Assembly: GCA_008632985.1 (NCBI GenBank)
Contig: QPGO01000048.1
Location: 372,001-436,000 of the forward strand
DNA: 64,000 bases
Source: Psammoneis japonica
Taxonomy: Eukaryota
Direction: 5' to 3'
Under the pieces are notes generated by a model. It ran no database searches, was not told where the DNA came from, and saw nothing but the letters and a program-made list of their open reading frames with translations. The translations under genes were made by a program, and so were the position numbers. Positions 52,601-64,000 of the stretch are shown piece by piece (position 1 is the first letter of the stretch; each line of letters opens with the position of its first letter).

Positions 52601-53174
52601 GCTGCAATTCCTCTAAATTATCTTTGCTGGGGGGATTCTGAGGGTCAAATGATTGTAACATTTCGCGTGCTGTCCGCTGTTTAGCGCGCTTTGGCGGCTC
52701 CAGCGTCGACGCATCGTGTCCCTCGTCTCCAAAAAAATCTTGGTCCTCGCATGCGTCCCAGAGAGAGGCTTCTCCAACCTCATAGTCCAGGGGAGTTGCT
52801 GAGGAAGAGTTTAACCAGGATTCGTGTTCACTCGAATCCGAGGGAGTGTCACTGAGTACATGCGGCCCAATGTTGTCTCTCTCCTGCTGTTCGTTGATCA
52901 CCGCTGCTGCGTGCGGTGCCGGCTTGGGCGGTGTGGTATGAAGAGGGCGGTGCCTTGCATGTGGATTGCTTGCATGAAAATACCGAAGTTTTGATGTCTC
53001 ACAATGCCCACGGGAATCCTTTTTTAGGCTGTTGTTGTTCAAGATCGCCGCTGCGGCCGACAGCCTTCGCTTCTGTCCCAGCTGACGAACACAGGAAGCA
53101 GCTACTGCATACCTCAGCCGTTGTCGTGCTCTTTCTCGACCATGAGACGCTAGAATTACCCAGTGATACTGCAT
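49674..53174 (-). CDS. Single-subunit T3/T7-type RNA polymerase (mitochondrial RpoT/POLRMT homologue), multi-exon
   Basis: PMILPPRPW, PYNMDFRGRAYP, GLYWLKVHLAN, HMDGSCNGLQHYAALGRD, RGVVKRTVMTSVYGVT, WFTPLGIPVVQPY, FPPNYVHSLDSSHM, VHDSFWTH, C-terminal PYFFQ; GT-AG introns. Confidence 0.95.
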
Positions 53175-53434
53175 TTAGACGATCAAGCAATATGTTCGGT
53201 GACGAAGGAACTCAAGGAAAGGGAGCTTGACAAAGAAGTGGCGTTGTCGACGAGGCGGTTGCGAGAGCCGCGGTGGGTTGTCTATGGTGTTCAGCAACCG
53301 CGAAGAGCGACGAAAATGGTTTCTGGTTTCTGCTGAGTCGTCGATCGACCGTCGTCCGTGTCATGTGAGGGTTTTTTGATGGCGCGTCTTGCGGCTTGGA
53401 TTCTTGATTCTGTTTTTTGTGTTTTTTGTCGACG

Positions 53435-54701
53435 ATGATGCGGTTGTATATCCTGTTTTTGGTTGCTTTGATAGCTGAACAGGCCTCAGCATTCCAGAGT
53501 CCTATTGGTAGAGTATCTCAAAATAGTGTATCAAGAAAGGCAGTTGTAGTTCGCAGGGCACAGACAACGATGATCTTGACTTGAAGGTTGAGCTACAAAA
53601 GTACCTCGAGACACGAAAGAAAGAGAGAGCCGACGAAGCAGCAAGAGAGGAGGTGGGAAGGTTGTGGGTGGAACGAAGGGAACATTATATTAGACTATGT
53701 CAGTGGGTCTCCCAATAAAGCTTTTGTCATTGAAGAAGAGCCAAACATTTTTGACTATGACCAACTAACAAAGTATGGATTTGGGGTGAGTTTCACGAAG
53801 CAGTAGTCTTCGAATGAGATTATTGACAATCGTTCAAAACGCTAACCTTTTCTGTGATTCTAGCATTTGGTGACACCGATTATGGAGGCTGGTGGAAGGC
53901 GTGAAATGTATACTTTGATGAACATGGTTCCCCCACCCCTGCCGAGGCTGCCAAGCCCAAAAAGGCACCAAAGCTTGTCATCGACCGACAAGGCGAAACG
54001 GACAGTGGGAGATATTCAGGGTTGAAACTGGGACAGGTTTTGAACGATGATGAGATGGGAATGGCACTAGCAGAAGCTCAGAGGAAGGAGAAGGCTGGAG
54101 ACAGATTAAGGAAGAAAATTGTGGAAGAAGACTACGTACAGCCGTTTGCAGGTACGATATTCAGGGCTGCTCTGCCCTTTTTCATTTTCTGTTTTATTCC
54201 CATCTTAAAATGATTGTTGATATTAATGAAACAAAAGATAAACGGAATGTGGGGCCCCGATGGACTCCCGATTGGACTCCGGAAATGTTGGATGAAGAAG
54301 GGCGCAAACGTGGCCGGGCATTGAGTTGGGCGAGAGAAGCAAAGGCAGGCCAATTTGTAAAAGACCCGGCAGAAGATTTGATTATTGACGGCAACATTCG
54401 TGTGTATGGTCTCCTTGCCGCTCTCTTTGTGGCATTTGCTTTTGGGCGTTCCTCTCCCAACGCCCTTTCAATGATTGGTATGCAAGACAGCACTCCCATA
54501 CTTGAGCTGCTGCAAGCGCCAGCCCTCGCCATAGCTATTGCGGCCGTTGGATCCAGTATTTTATCCTCTGCCGTGCTTGCACCCGCGAAAAACCGCAGCA
54601 GCTTTACTTGGGCGATTAAGGGGTTCCTGGGTGGTCCACTCGCCATAATGGAGTTACGCGAGCTCGACGGGCTCACCACGCAAGGAGAACAACAGTCTTG
54701 A
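53435..54701 (+). CDS. Hypothetical plastid-targeted membrane protein (introns; apparent homopolymer frameshifts)
   Basis: MMRLYILFLVALIAEQASAF leader; LVTPIMEAGG; C-terminal TM helices and WAIKGFLGGPLAIMEL. Confidence 0.6.
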
Positions 54702-54797
54702 AATCATTGATAATTTGTGAAAGCAGGACCAAAGTTTCTTGGTTTTTTGTTACGAACTCTTTTCAATAATAATACAAGTCTTAGATACATTTCCTCC

Positions 54798-56062
54798 CTA
54801 CAACAACCTGCCGCCAACAGGAATAACTGAATCAAACAACACCCCCGAAGTGCCACAAACCCTGGCTGCTGAAGGTGTAACATGATTGCCATTCTCATCC
54901 TCGCTACAGGCATCTCCGTCTAGAGGCGTCACATCGATACCACAGTCAGATTCCGGATCGTCAAGGGTGCTTGGGTCAACGCGTTTGAGGCGGATGTAGC
55001 CTCCTTCGCCCCAGGTAGGCCTCCAGGAATTGCGTATGAGCCAGAAGTCTTCCTTCGTCTCTTCATCAGTGCCATATCCAATAAGAACAACAGCGTGGTT
55101 CAAGTCAAATGCGGCGGGCGACTTGCTCTTGTCTGAGAACACCCCTTTCTCGTACGCAAACCAGTTGCTAGCGGCAACAGAAACGACTAGCGGTCCTTGT
55201 TTCGCCACGGCATTCATGAGCGCGGCATAATCGTTGGCGGGAAGAACCGAATAACCTTCAATGGTTGCCACGGCCCCGCGAATGCCAGGAGGATCGCCCC
55301 CCTGACCGCGTAGCCCATTCTTTGTATCCGGCAAGACAGTGCAGTTCGCTACGGCTCCGTAGTAGCTGGTGTAACCCATCTGATACTCTTGCAACATACC
55401 ATTCCCGCCGCCACGAAATCAAAGGCAAGCTCAGCGGTGGCCCCAGCGCAGCCACCGCCTCCTCCACAATGTCGCGGATTACGAACACAAGAAACGAGTT
55501 CCTGAGTGCTCAAATCAAACAGAGTCCCAGTCTGAATTGCAATGTGTGATTCAAGAACAGCCGTCGAAGAAGCCGCCCAACATGACCCACACCCCCCCTG
55601 ATCCACTACAGGCGAAACGACGCCTTTGTCACGCCAATCTACAGATGGTGGCAGGCTTGACACATCATCAATCTCAAAAGGAAGGACCATCTCGTGACTA
55701 CCGAGCTTGCGATGGATAGAGGATGAGGAAGAGTCCCCAAATATGCTCCCTCGTTTGCTAAGGGATTTGTCGTATCCCAAAGGCAACTCGTCGGGCGCCA
55801 GATCAGTAAGGTGATTGATACCAAGGACATGGCCGGAAGTTCGTGCACGGTTATGCTCTAGAATCTGTTGGAGGTTGCGCCCAAAAATATTCTGCCGCTT
55901 TTCGTATTCTTCTGCTGACATGTAAGACTTTCCAAAGTCCACGATATACTTATCGAATGTGTAAGACTCGTCCAGCTCGTCCCAGGAAGGAGCGACAGCA
56001 TGGCAAGGAACCAGAATCAGCAGAAGAGACGAGGCAACGGCTCGGAAATGGTTGCCGATCAT
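54798..56062 (-). CDS. Papain-family (C1A) cysteine protease with I29 propeptide; one apparent frameshift at ~55405
   Basis: Signal peptide, ERFNIN-like propeptide, SVDWR, QGGCGSCWA (catalytic Cys), LNHAVVLIGYG (His), FWLIRNSW (Asn). Confidence 0.93.
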
Positions 56063-56653
56063 GTTTGTATTTGTCAGTCCTTTGTCAGTGGCTTCGAGAC
56101 GAGATGACAGTAAAGCACTGACTGTGTGCTACCGGTACTGTAGAGATTGTTTGCCACGTGATAGATAAAATAGGAGGGAAAGTTGGGGAAAGCAAGAGGA
56201 AGTAAACAATCTGGGGGGCGTCTTTGGAAGTGATGAGATCGACGAAGGCGGTCTGATCGCCAGTGCGTTTGGGGGTATTTCCAGTGCAATTTGTACGCAC
56301 AAGAAAACACGTAGGATCTGTCCAGCGTTCCCAAATACCCCAATCGCACTGCACTGATTGACAGACTGTTTTAGTACAAATTCTACGTAACTTTCTTCGA
56401 CAGTCTCACTTCCAAAGACGTCCCCCAAATCGGTGCAAACGCTTTCTGCTGTTCGCGGAAATCGCGCACTCGCGTCGAGCTCCGACAAACTGAATCCTTG
56501 GTGGTCGCGCCACTTTCACTGGTGACCCAGTTTTAGCAGAATTTCAGCAGGCTCTGGCATGTTCCCGCAGCCTTGTGCAGGTCCCAGTGTGTTGCGTCAA
56601 GAGCCTCGCTCGATTCATTTTTCTCATGTTTTTCGATTTTATTTCGCATCACA

Positions 56654-58475
56654 ATGACAGGAAAAACAAAGAAACAGGCGGGGACCAAGAAGGCGGTGAA
56701 CTCTGCAGCTGGAACACCAAAACGCAAATCGAGCAAAGGAAAGAACAAGGCCAAAAAGAACGTGCTGCTGCCGGCAACGGGCTCGAAAGAATTCCGTGTC
56801 TGTCGTTGTTTCGACAACAGCAGCAGCCGTTGGGTTCGACATGAGAGACGCGCTCCAGGTCTGGGTGGGACCTCGCACTGCTGAACTGTGACATCGACAG
56901 TTTTTTGAGTCTCGTCGCATGTCGCGCACGTAGATTTCTACGTGATTTTTTCGACATTTTGTGTCATTTTACGGTGCACTTGTTGAGTGATCCGTCCAAC
57001 AACTTTTGACATTTTTTGTTACAGCGCGATTCTACAATGTCTTAAGAATCGTGTGGGGCAGGCGAAGTTGCAAAAACGTCGAGTGGCAAGAGGCACAATT
57101 GTGCACAAACTTGGCCGTTTATTTGATGTTGAAGACAAATGTGTCCATTGATTAAATTCTCGCACTGCGGAGCTCGCACGTAGAATTCTGCGGGCCCAAT
57201 GTCACAAGGAGTCCCACCTTGGGCTGGAACGCGTCGAGAGTGCCATCGTGACCACTCCCGGCAAGAAGCCCAAACGTGAAATTTGCTTGCGAGTCCATTG
57301 ACTCAGTCAAGAAGCAGGATGTCAGGATGAAGAAACTGCTGGAGCCGAGCTTGATGAAAGACTTGTGGACACCGCAGAGTTCCTGCATCATGTTCCTCAC
57401 AACATCAACTCGGACTCGTGGCGCGTCACTTGCCAAGCCAATTTTGAGTGCTTTGTCCTCTTGCTTCATCCTGAGGAGCAAACATGCACAGTTTCTAAGC
57501 CATGTGAGCAACCCAGCCCAAGACCAACTTGAAAAAATCCTTGCTCCTGCAAATCTGCTGGTGTGCAGCTGCATCAGGCACATGTCAAGCAAGAGCACGA
57601 TTCATGGAGTGGACGGCCGCAAAAACAAGTGCAACTCCATGCGAGGAACCCTTGGAGCAATGTCTGGCACTCTCATTCAATTTGGCCATGGTCCATTCAA
57701 AAGGAGTGCTGACACCAAGAAGCTCATGAAAGACTTGGAAGGACAGTCAGCCCCAGCACAGGCGCGGGTCATTGAGTTTGAGAAAGACCTGCCAAGGCTG
57801 TTTGATGCTTGTTTTGGGACCAAGATCTTGAGGAACTGTGACACTCATGTGCAGGTTTGGGCTCGCTTTTTGTTGGCGACAGGTTTGATTGCACACTTGT
57901 CAGATGCAACTCAGTTCTGTCCCCACTTTGAGAACTTGGAGCTGCCTGCAGATTCGAGGGACTGTCTCAACGACGGGCTCCCACGGTCTGTCATGGTGGG
58001 ATTCACGGATTGGAAATCTCGACCTGCGTGGTCCAAGCTTCAGCATCCAGTGTGCAAGGTTCGGCTCTGTGCCAACACCAAGGATTTGAGGTTTTGCCCC
58101 ATCCATTGGTTGATGAAACATTGGGAGCTTCATGGTGGAAAGTTGATGGGTCCGATTGTGAGTGAGGTCAGGTCTTCAACATTCATGAAACAGTTGAAGA
58201 AGTTGTTCAAGGCTGCTGGTCTTGGTGTGTGCTCCAGTCACTCAATCAGAAGAGCTGCAGCACAGTGGGCTCGTTGCTGTGGTGCCAACATTGTCACAAT
58301 TTGAAATGTCGGCAGGTGGCACGGTTTGGAAAATCCATTTCCATGCATGTCCGAAGGTGAGAGGATTGGGCGAGAGAAGCACCTTCGCAACAACACTCGT
58401 GACCCAATTTGGGACACGTGGGCATTCGACACCAGCGCCGCCATCCACACCATGGACAAAGGTGCTTCTAAATGA
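56654..58475 (+). pseudogene. Crypton-like tyrosine recombinase relic, interrupted by a MITE
   Basis: GLIAHLSD (Arg I position), DWKSR, FCPIHWL, SSHSIRRAAAQWA (HxxR), NVGRW, then PCMSEG with TGC at 58344-58346 at the expected Tyr. No RT nearby. Confidence 0.7.
56847..57235. mobile_element. MITE copy 1 (~389 bp), imperfect ~25-bp TIRs, 4-bp TSD GAGA
   Basis: gaga|gacgcgctccaggtctgggtgggac ... gtcccaccttgggctggaacgcgtc|gaga. Confidence 0.9.
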
Positions 58476-58582
58476 CGTTCTAGCAGCAGTTGAAAATTGG
58501 CAAAAACAAAACACTCTGTTGCCAAGTGTGACTCTGTTGCTGGGTGCACAACTCCATTGCCAGGCACACATGCTCATTTTGC

Positions 58583-59750
58583 TCACTTTCTGCTTTCTTG
58601 CGGTCCACAAGAAAAGAGCACCACGCACCACAAATCTTTGATTGCATCACACCATGAAGTGCTGGGCTTGTGGGTGGTGCCAAGTTCCCTTAGATCCGCA
58701 AGGTTCTGTTTTAGAGTTGCCGGGTCATTGTCTTTTGGCAGAGTGTGAACTGCACAGCATGCCGCGCACCACGAATTGAATTTTGAATTTTGGCTCCCTT
58801 TCTGTTCTGCCTTTTTCCTGCTTTTGTCATCCCACAGTCTGCAAGGAGAACACACACTGTTGTCGTCTTTGTCCACAAACTTGTCCTCAAACGCCTGCAC
58901 AAGTGCCGTCACATGCGTCTCGTTGTTGCGTTTGTACAAATTCGGAATGGTTTTTTTCGGCACGTCCAAGACAATGGGGGCATTCACATTCATTGGTTCT
59001 TGACATGCCACTGCATTTTTGGGGTGAGGTGTGGACTCATTGGAGGCACAGTGATTGACCTCACGCTCCACAAAGCCACGTCACAAAGCAATGTCTTTTG
59101 CACTTTTTTCACACACAGAAAACATTGGCGTGGCAGGATCACTCGGATCTTCAAAAAAAGAGCAGTCACCCACTCCAAAAAGTGGCACTGTCTTGAGAGT
59201 GACACTTCATTCCTCAGGTTGCATTGGAGTTGCTCCAGTGTGTGCAGCACCGACTGGCTTGACGGCAGCAAAATTGCAGGTGGCCTGGAGTTCCTCAGCT
59301 CATCGTGTGAAAGTGTCAGGGTTGAATTTTTTCCCACTGACATGCCACGATCGGTTCTGCTGAAACTGCTCCATCATGTCCTGCACAGATGCAAGAGGGG
59401 CACATCAACGCTTGGGGGAATGGATGCGCCGTCCTTCAATGTCATCCATGCCGGTGCCGGAACCATCCACACCACGCTTCTCCATGTTCTGCTGCAATTT
59501 TGTCCTGCCACAATCTCTTTGCTTTTGCACTTCCTTTCTGTGTGATGGGTTGCCACAAGGGCAGTGTTTGCCACCTTTCTCTTGCCAACATCTGGTCCGG
59601 CGTGTCGAGAAACCCCTCGCCATTGCGTTCAGAGCAGCTCGCGGCCTTGACCTTGTGTTTTTGTGTTGATTGGTGGGTTGCATGTGGTTGATTGTGCAGC
59701 CAGCCACGCAGAGCTCCAGCACTCGTGAGCTGTTGATTGAGCCTCCCAAT
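58583..59750 (-). pseudogene. Degenerate ORF convergent with the Crypton-like recombinase (possible accessory gene)
   Basis: Protein-like fragments such as ALVQAFEDKFVDKDDNSVCSPCRLWDDKSRK within the TA-depleted block; no domain recognised. Confidence 0.3.
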
Positions 59751-59895
59751 CAATTGATTCAGGCCTGAACGCGCACTTTTCCAGCAACAGGGCCCCCTCC
59801 CACGTGCTGTGCTGTGCGGCAGTCAACAAGCAACAAGTGAATGAAGTGCGACAACTTGCATGTGCGCACAAACACCAAGCTAAAAACATCGCACC

Positions 59896-61450
59896 ATGGC
59901 ACAAGAGAAACAGAAAACCATTGCCACCAAGAACAATGGCTCACCACGCAAAGGTGCCAAACAGAAACAAGCTGAGAATCAAAATGCAAAAACAACAGAA
60001 CAAATTCCTCAAGAATCAGACTCTAAAGACACGGGTGAATGGAAGCTTGTCAAATCAAAAAACACCAGTGCAAAATCTTTGCAAAACTCCCTCACCAGCG
60101 GAAAAGACTCAAAAACGATGAATGTCAACATGCTGAATGCACGCAGCAGGAAACAGAGAGAACTTCAAGCCAAAAATGAAGTGACTCCCTCCGACACAAC
60201 AATCACAGAGAAGGATCACATGACTGATGAACCAATGGAAGTCAATCAATCAGATGAACTTCAAGAAGAAGCACCACAGAATCTTGTCAGTGAGAATCAC
60301 TCATGTTCATCGGACAAAGAGGAAAACAAGAAATCAGCAGAAAAAACAAAATCTCAGGATTCAAAACAATCATCTGAGGAAGAAGACAACGACTCGCAAC
60401 AAGATGAGGAAAGCTGTGAGAGACGGCGCGCGATGCGCTGCAACGCATTTCCAGCTGCACCTCCATCTGAGAAACCTCTCAAAGAGACTGCTGCCATTTT
60501 CAAAAAAGGCTTCACTGTCATTCAAGAGGTGCTTGGGGAAAACGTCCACATCGGCACTTGGGACCCAGATCTGGAAGAGACTTTTGGAGAGCTGTCGACG
60601 CGTTCCAGGTCTAGGTGGGACCTCGCACTGCTGAACTGTGACATCGACAGTTTTTTGAATTGCGTCGCATGTCGCGCACGTGCATTTCTACACGATTTTG
60701 GCGAAATTTTGCATCATCACAGTGCAATTGTCAGGCGATCCATTCAACAACTTTTAACATTTTTTTCTTCTGCGCCATTCTCGAGTGTTCTAAGAATGGC
60801 GCAGGGCATGCGCATTGTCCAGAACTTTGAGCACAAACACAGACACATGCACTGCAAACTTGGCCGTTCATTTTATGTCAAAGATGAACACATCCATTAA
60901 CCCGAGTACAAACTGCAGAGCTCGCACGTAGAATTCTGCGGGGCAAATGTCACAAAAAGTCCCACCCAGGACTGGAACCCGTCTGTCATCTCCAGATGAC
61001 ACTCCTGAAGGTGAAGCCCAAGACAGAGAAGAACTCAGTGCCTTCCTGGGAGCAGACTGTCTCAATCCAAGGGCTGATTCAGAACACATGATGTGCTGCC
61101 AACTCCGCCTGATTCAAGTCGGGGAAGACAGCGACCTGCGTGTCATGGCTGAATTCAGCAAAAAACTTTGAGGAATGTTTGATGACATCAAGAAGGACAA
61201 AGTCTCCATTGGTTGGCCATGTCAAAGTGCAAAGACTGTGACCGAAGCTGCCCCATTCAACTGTGTGCGCAGCACACTTGGAGTCAAGGACTGCAACAGC
61301 ATCGGACTGCAACGGAGAGCCATTGACGTGTTCCAGTCCCAGGTGATGCACAAAATGACAATCGATTTTGAATGTGGTTTGTGTGTCTTCAAGTGCACAA
61401 AGCATTTTCACATGAAACACTCAGACGGATTGACTTTTGCAGGCTTCTAG
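59896..61450 (+). pseudogene. Retroelement ORF1-like relic split by MITE copy 2
   Basis: Low-complexity N-terminus (GEWKLVKSK, acidic tract). Removing the MITE and one TSD joins ...EETFGELS to SPDDTPEGEAQDREELSAFLG in frame. Family assignment is a guess. Confidence 0.45.
60597..60983. mobile_element. MITE copy 2 (~387 bp), imperfect TIRs, 4-bp TSD TGTC
   Basis: tgtc|gacgcgttccaggtctaggtgggac ... gtcccacccaggactggaacccgtc|tgtc; homologous along its length to 56847-57235. Confidence 0.9.
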
Positions 61451-61619
61451 AGTGTGAACATTTAAACAGTTTTTTGGGGGCATTCAAGTCCTCATGGGAC
61501 ATGTGTCACAAACTTCCTCAGCAGGCTCAGTGCTGATTGTGCATCAGCAGATTTACACTGAGATTTCTTTGTGGGTAGAAAACCCACCAAGCAGCATCGT
61601 AGAAAGATGTGTTCAGGTG

Positions 61620-63253
61620 ACATGAGAACCGAGTGAGGCAAAATTTGAAATCCTCAACTTCTGTCTCATGCTCTGTGTCAGGAATTGGTGCAACACAAAG
61701 ACTGGGGAAATGTGCAAGCCGGGTTCCTTTGTGCAACACATCAAGCAGCTCTTTTCTGTCTTCAAATCTCATGGTGTCAAACACAAGTATGACGATCGCA
61801 TTTTTTGCAATGCAGGTGGATGTCGGTCGGCATTGGAACTCGATTGGGCCGAAAAATGACAACAAGATCCCGAGTTTGCGACTCAGAAGAACAAGGGTCA
61901 CGTCGACATCCATGCTGACAAAAAGATTGCCCTTGCCATTTCTGAAAAGCAGTTCAAACCCTTTGAATTGTGCTCCAACATGATCGCCGCCCCAGCATTC
62001 GTTCTTGGTCAATGTTTTGGTCTTCGCAGCAGTGACGCTCCTCTGTTGGTGCAACGTCACCTTTGGAACCTACAATCGAGGTCCGGACAAAGGGTTTCAG
62101 CACACCCAGGTCAAACCAGACGACAACAAGATGCACAAGGTGACTGTGAAAGCGCTTTCTGTTGCCAAGGCACTGCTCAAAGGTGTCAAAGTTTGCGAGA
62201 TGCCTGGCAACCCCTTGTGTCCCTTGAAACTGTTCAGAAAGTGTTGGGGATGGTGCCGCCCAGACCAAAAATGTTTCCTGCACCACTGCGCAAGAACAGG
62301 TGCAATGACTTGCCACACCAAGTGGCAGAGAAGAAACAAATGGGGAAAACTGCGGTTGGCAATCAAATGAAATGTGCAGCCGAGCTTTGTGGGCTTGAAA
62401 ATTGGGAAATGGTGACAAATCATTCAAGCTGAGTGCTCTTGATTGCAGCTTTGGTCTCTGTGAATCTCCACCCAAGAGAGATCGCCAACCGTGTCAGGCA
62501 CAAGTCTGCGGAAAGCCAGAATGTCTGCATGCACGAGCATGAGAAGGTTGAGCCATGTGCAGGACGCGATTCGTCCAGCGTCCGTCGCAGCTGCCTCTGC
62601 GGTTCAAGAAGTTGATGCTGCAATTCAAGGAGTTGATGCTGTGACAGTGACCTTTGCTGAGGGAGATTCCAGTGGTTCGTCTGCTCCTTCTGAAACAGAG
62701 CTGGCGAGTTTGTGCTCTCAGTTTGTGCTCTCGGTGTGATGCCTTGTCGGCTGACAAAAACAATCTTGAGTCCACTGTTCAGGAGCTCAAAGCCACTGTT
62801 GGCAATCTTGAGTCCGCCAATGCCATGTTGGTGTCAGAAAAAGACCACTTGGAAAGTGAAAAAGCTGTGCTCCAGGATGGTCTTCAGACAGCCAAACAGA
62901 AAATCGAGAAAATGCCTGCAGCTTCCGACTTTGGTTCAATGGATTTTGGTTCAATGGCGGATCATGTTGCTCGTCGTGACAACGCGCTTGAGTTGATGGA
63001 CACCAAGCATTGTGAAGCAAAGAAAGAGAAAATGCAGGTGCTCAACCAGAGCACACAACTCGAGTTGCAGCTTGGAACAATTCAAAGCCATGAGGATGAG
63101 ATCAACTGCCTCAAGGATTCTCTGGCACAGGCAGGTGCCTTGAATCAAAACCTGACCAACAACTTCAGTCAATCTCAGATGCGTGCAGCACAGCTTTCGG
63201 GACGGGTTCATGATTTGCAGGAGCGGAGGAACCGAGTGTGCACAATCATGTAG
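61620..63253 (+). pseudogene. Second Crypton-like tyrosine recombinase relic (DUF3504-like) with a downstream coiled-coil ORF
   Basis: CFGLRSSD (Arg I), NPLCPLKLF, VTNHSS* (HxxR with TGA at 62430), EIANRVRHKSAESQNVC (TGC 62526-62528 at the expected Tyr); heptad-rich ORF 62654-63253. Confidence 0.75.
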
Positions 63254-64000
63254 AGTGACTTTCTTTTAGACCAAATGGGGCAGTCTGTTGCAATCACAGT
63301 GAGCCAGCATTGCCAGACTCAATGCACTGCACTCAACACACTGTGCACTTGGCACGATCCTCCAAAAAGTGAGCTGCAGCACATCACTGCGCTCGCACCA
63401 GCCTCATCCAGAACAACCTCATGCACATGTTTGAATGCTCTCGCGTCATGCTTGTTCTGCACAAATTAAAAAGTTTCAATGTTGTCATTCGTTTCGTGAC
63501 ATCATCAGCCGTCATGGTGTGTGTGACACCATCATCTGTCTCGACCAATCAGCGTTCATGGAATCACATGATGATCCCGGCAAAGAACGTCTCAACCAAT
63601 CAACATTCAGGGAATCCAATCCCAGCATCGGAAATCACAGCCGGCGGCTGCACATGATTCTATGACAATTCTGCACTGAGACCCGGTGCGGGTCAGATTC
63701 CAGAAATCTGGAAAATGCCACCTCCGAGCGTCGACCCGGTGTGATTCCGTGGTTTTTTCGGCACAAAGCTCGGCGAAGTCATGCAAACACAGGGATCACA
63801 ACCCACGAATGTGACCGCGCTGCGGAACAAAGAACAGACACTGTCCAATGCAGCACCACCACCTGCCGCACAAAGTCAGGGCACCGCAGGGCGTGGCAAA
63901 CAACACGCAACAACAATGCATGCCGACAACAAAACAACCATCAGCACCACGTTCAAACAGTTGCTTCTTTAGAGACTCTTTACAGAGCTGTTGCCAAAAC

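Noticed and set aside
49674..53174. Prophage or viral insertion suggested by the T7-like RNA polymerase
   Set aside because: Spliceosomal introns, a long N-terminal extension and no other viral genes point to the ordinary nuclear gene for the organellar polymerase.
21930..55410. Programmed frameshifting or pseudogenisation of the MATE gene (~21935), the 53.5-54.0 kb gene and the protease (~55405)
   Set aside because: Each shift is fixed by adding one base to a homopolymer run in an otherwise intact gene, which is typical of long-read consensus error.

Overview
Eukaryotic nuclear DNA, most likely from a pennate diatom: it has GT-AG introns, a fucoxanthin-chlorophyll LHC gene, a nuclear PsbM and ASAFAP-type plastid leaders. 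Gene-rich blocks (about 7.2-9.1, 18.3-34.4 and 47.8-56.5 kb) alternate with transposon-derived blocks (about 1-7, 9.1-18.3, 34.5-47.8 and 56.5-64 kb). The transposon blocks contain a Helitron Rep fragment with a 2.64-kb tandem duplication, a structurally complete Ngaro-type tyrosine-recombinase retrotransposon (A...B-A-B split direct repeats), a duplicated Harbinger/ISL2EU-like DDE relic with a ~144-bp tandem array, two Crypton-like tyrosine recombinase relics, and two copies of a MITE with 4-bp TSDs. The most striking signal is that these blocks have lost almost all TpA dinucleotides by TA->TG / TA->CA transitions. Tyr codons, including three putative recombinase catalytic tyrosines, have become Cys or His, and TAA/TAG stops have largely vanished. 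The change stops at sharp positional boundaries, and surviving TA sites are mostly TAGA/TAAA (TCTA/TTTA) or TTAA. This looks like a repeat-targeted A:T->G:C hypermutation or genome-defence process with polarity opposite to fungal RIP. Several host genes carry single-base homopolymer frameshifts that are probably long-read errors. All family assignments come from motif recognition by eye, not database searches.
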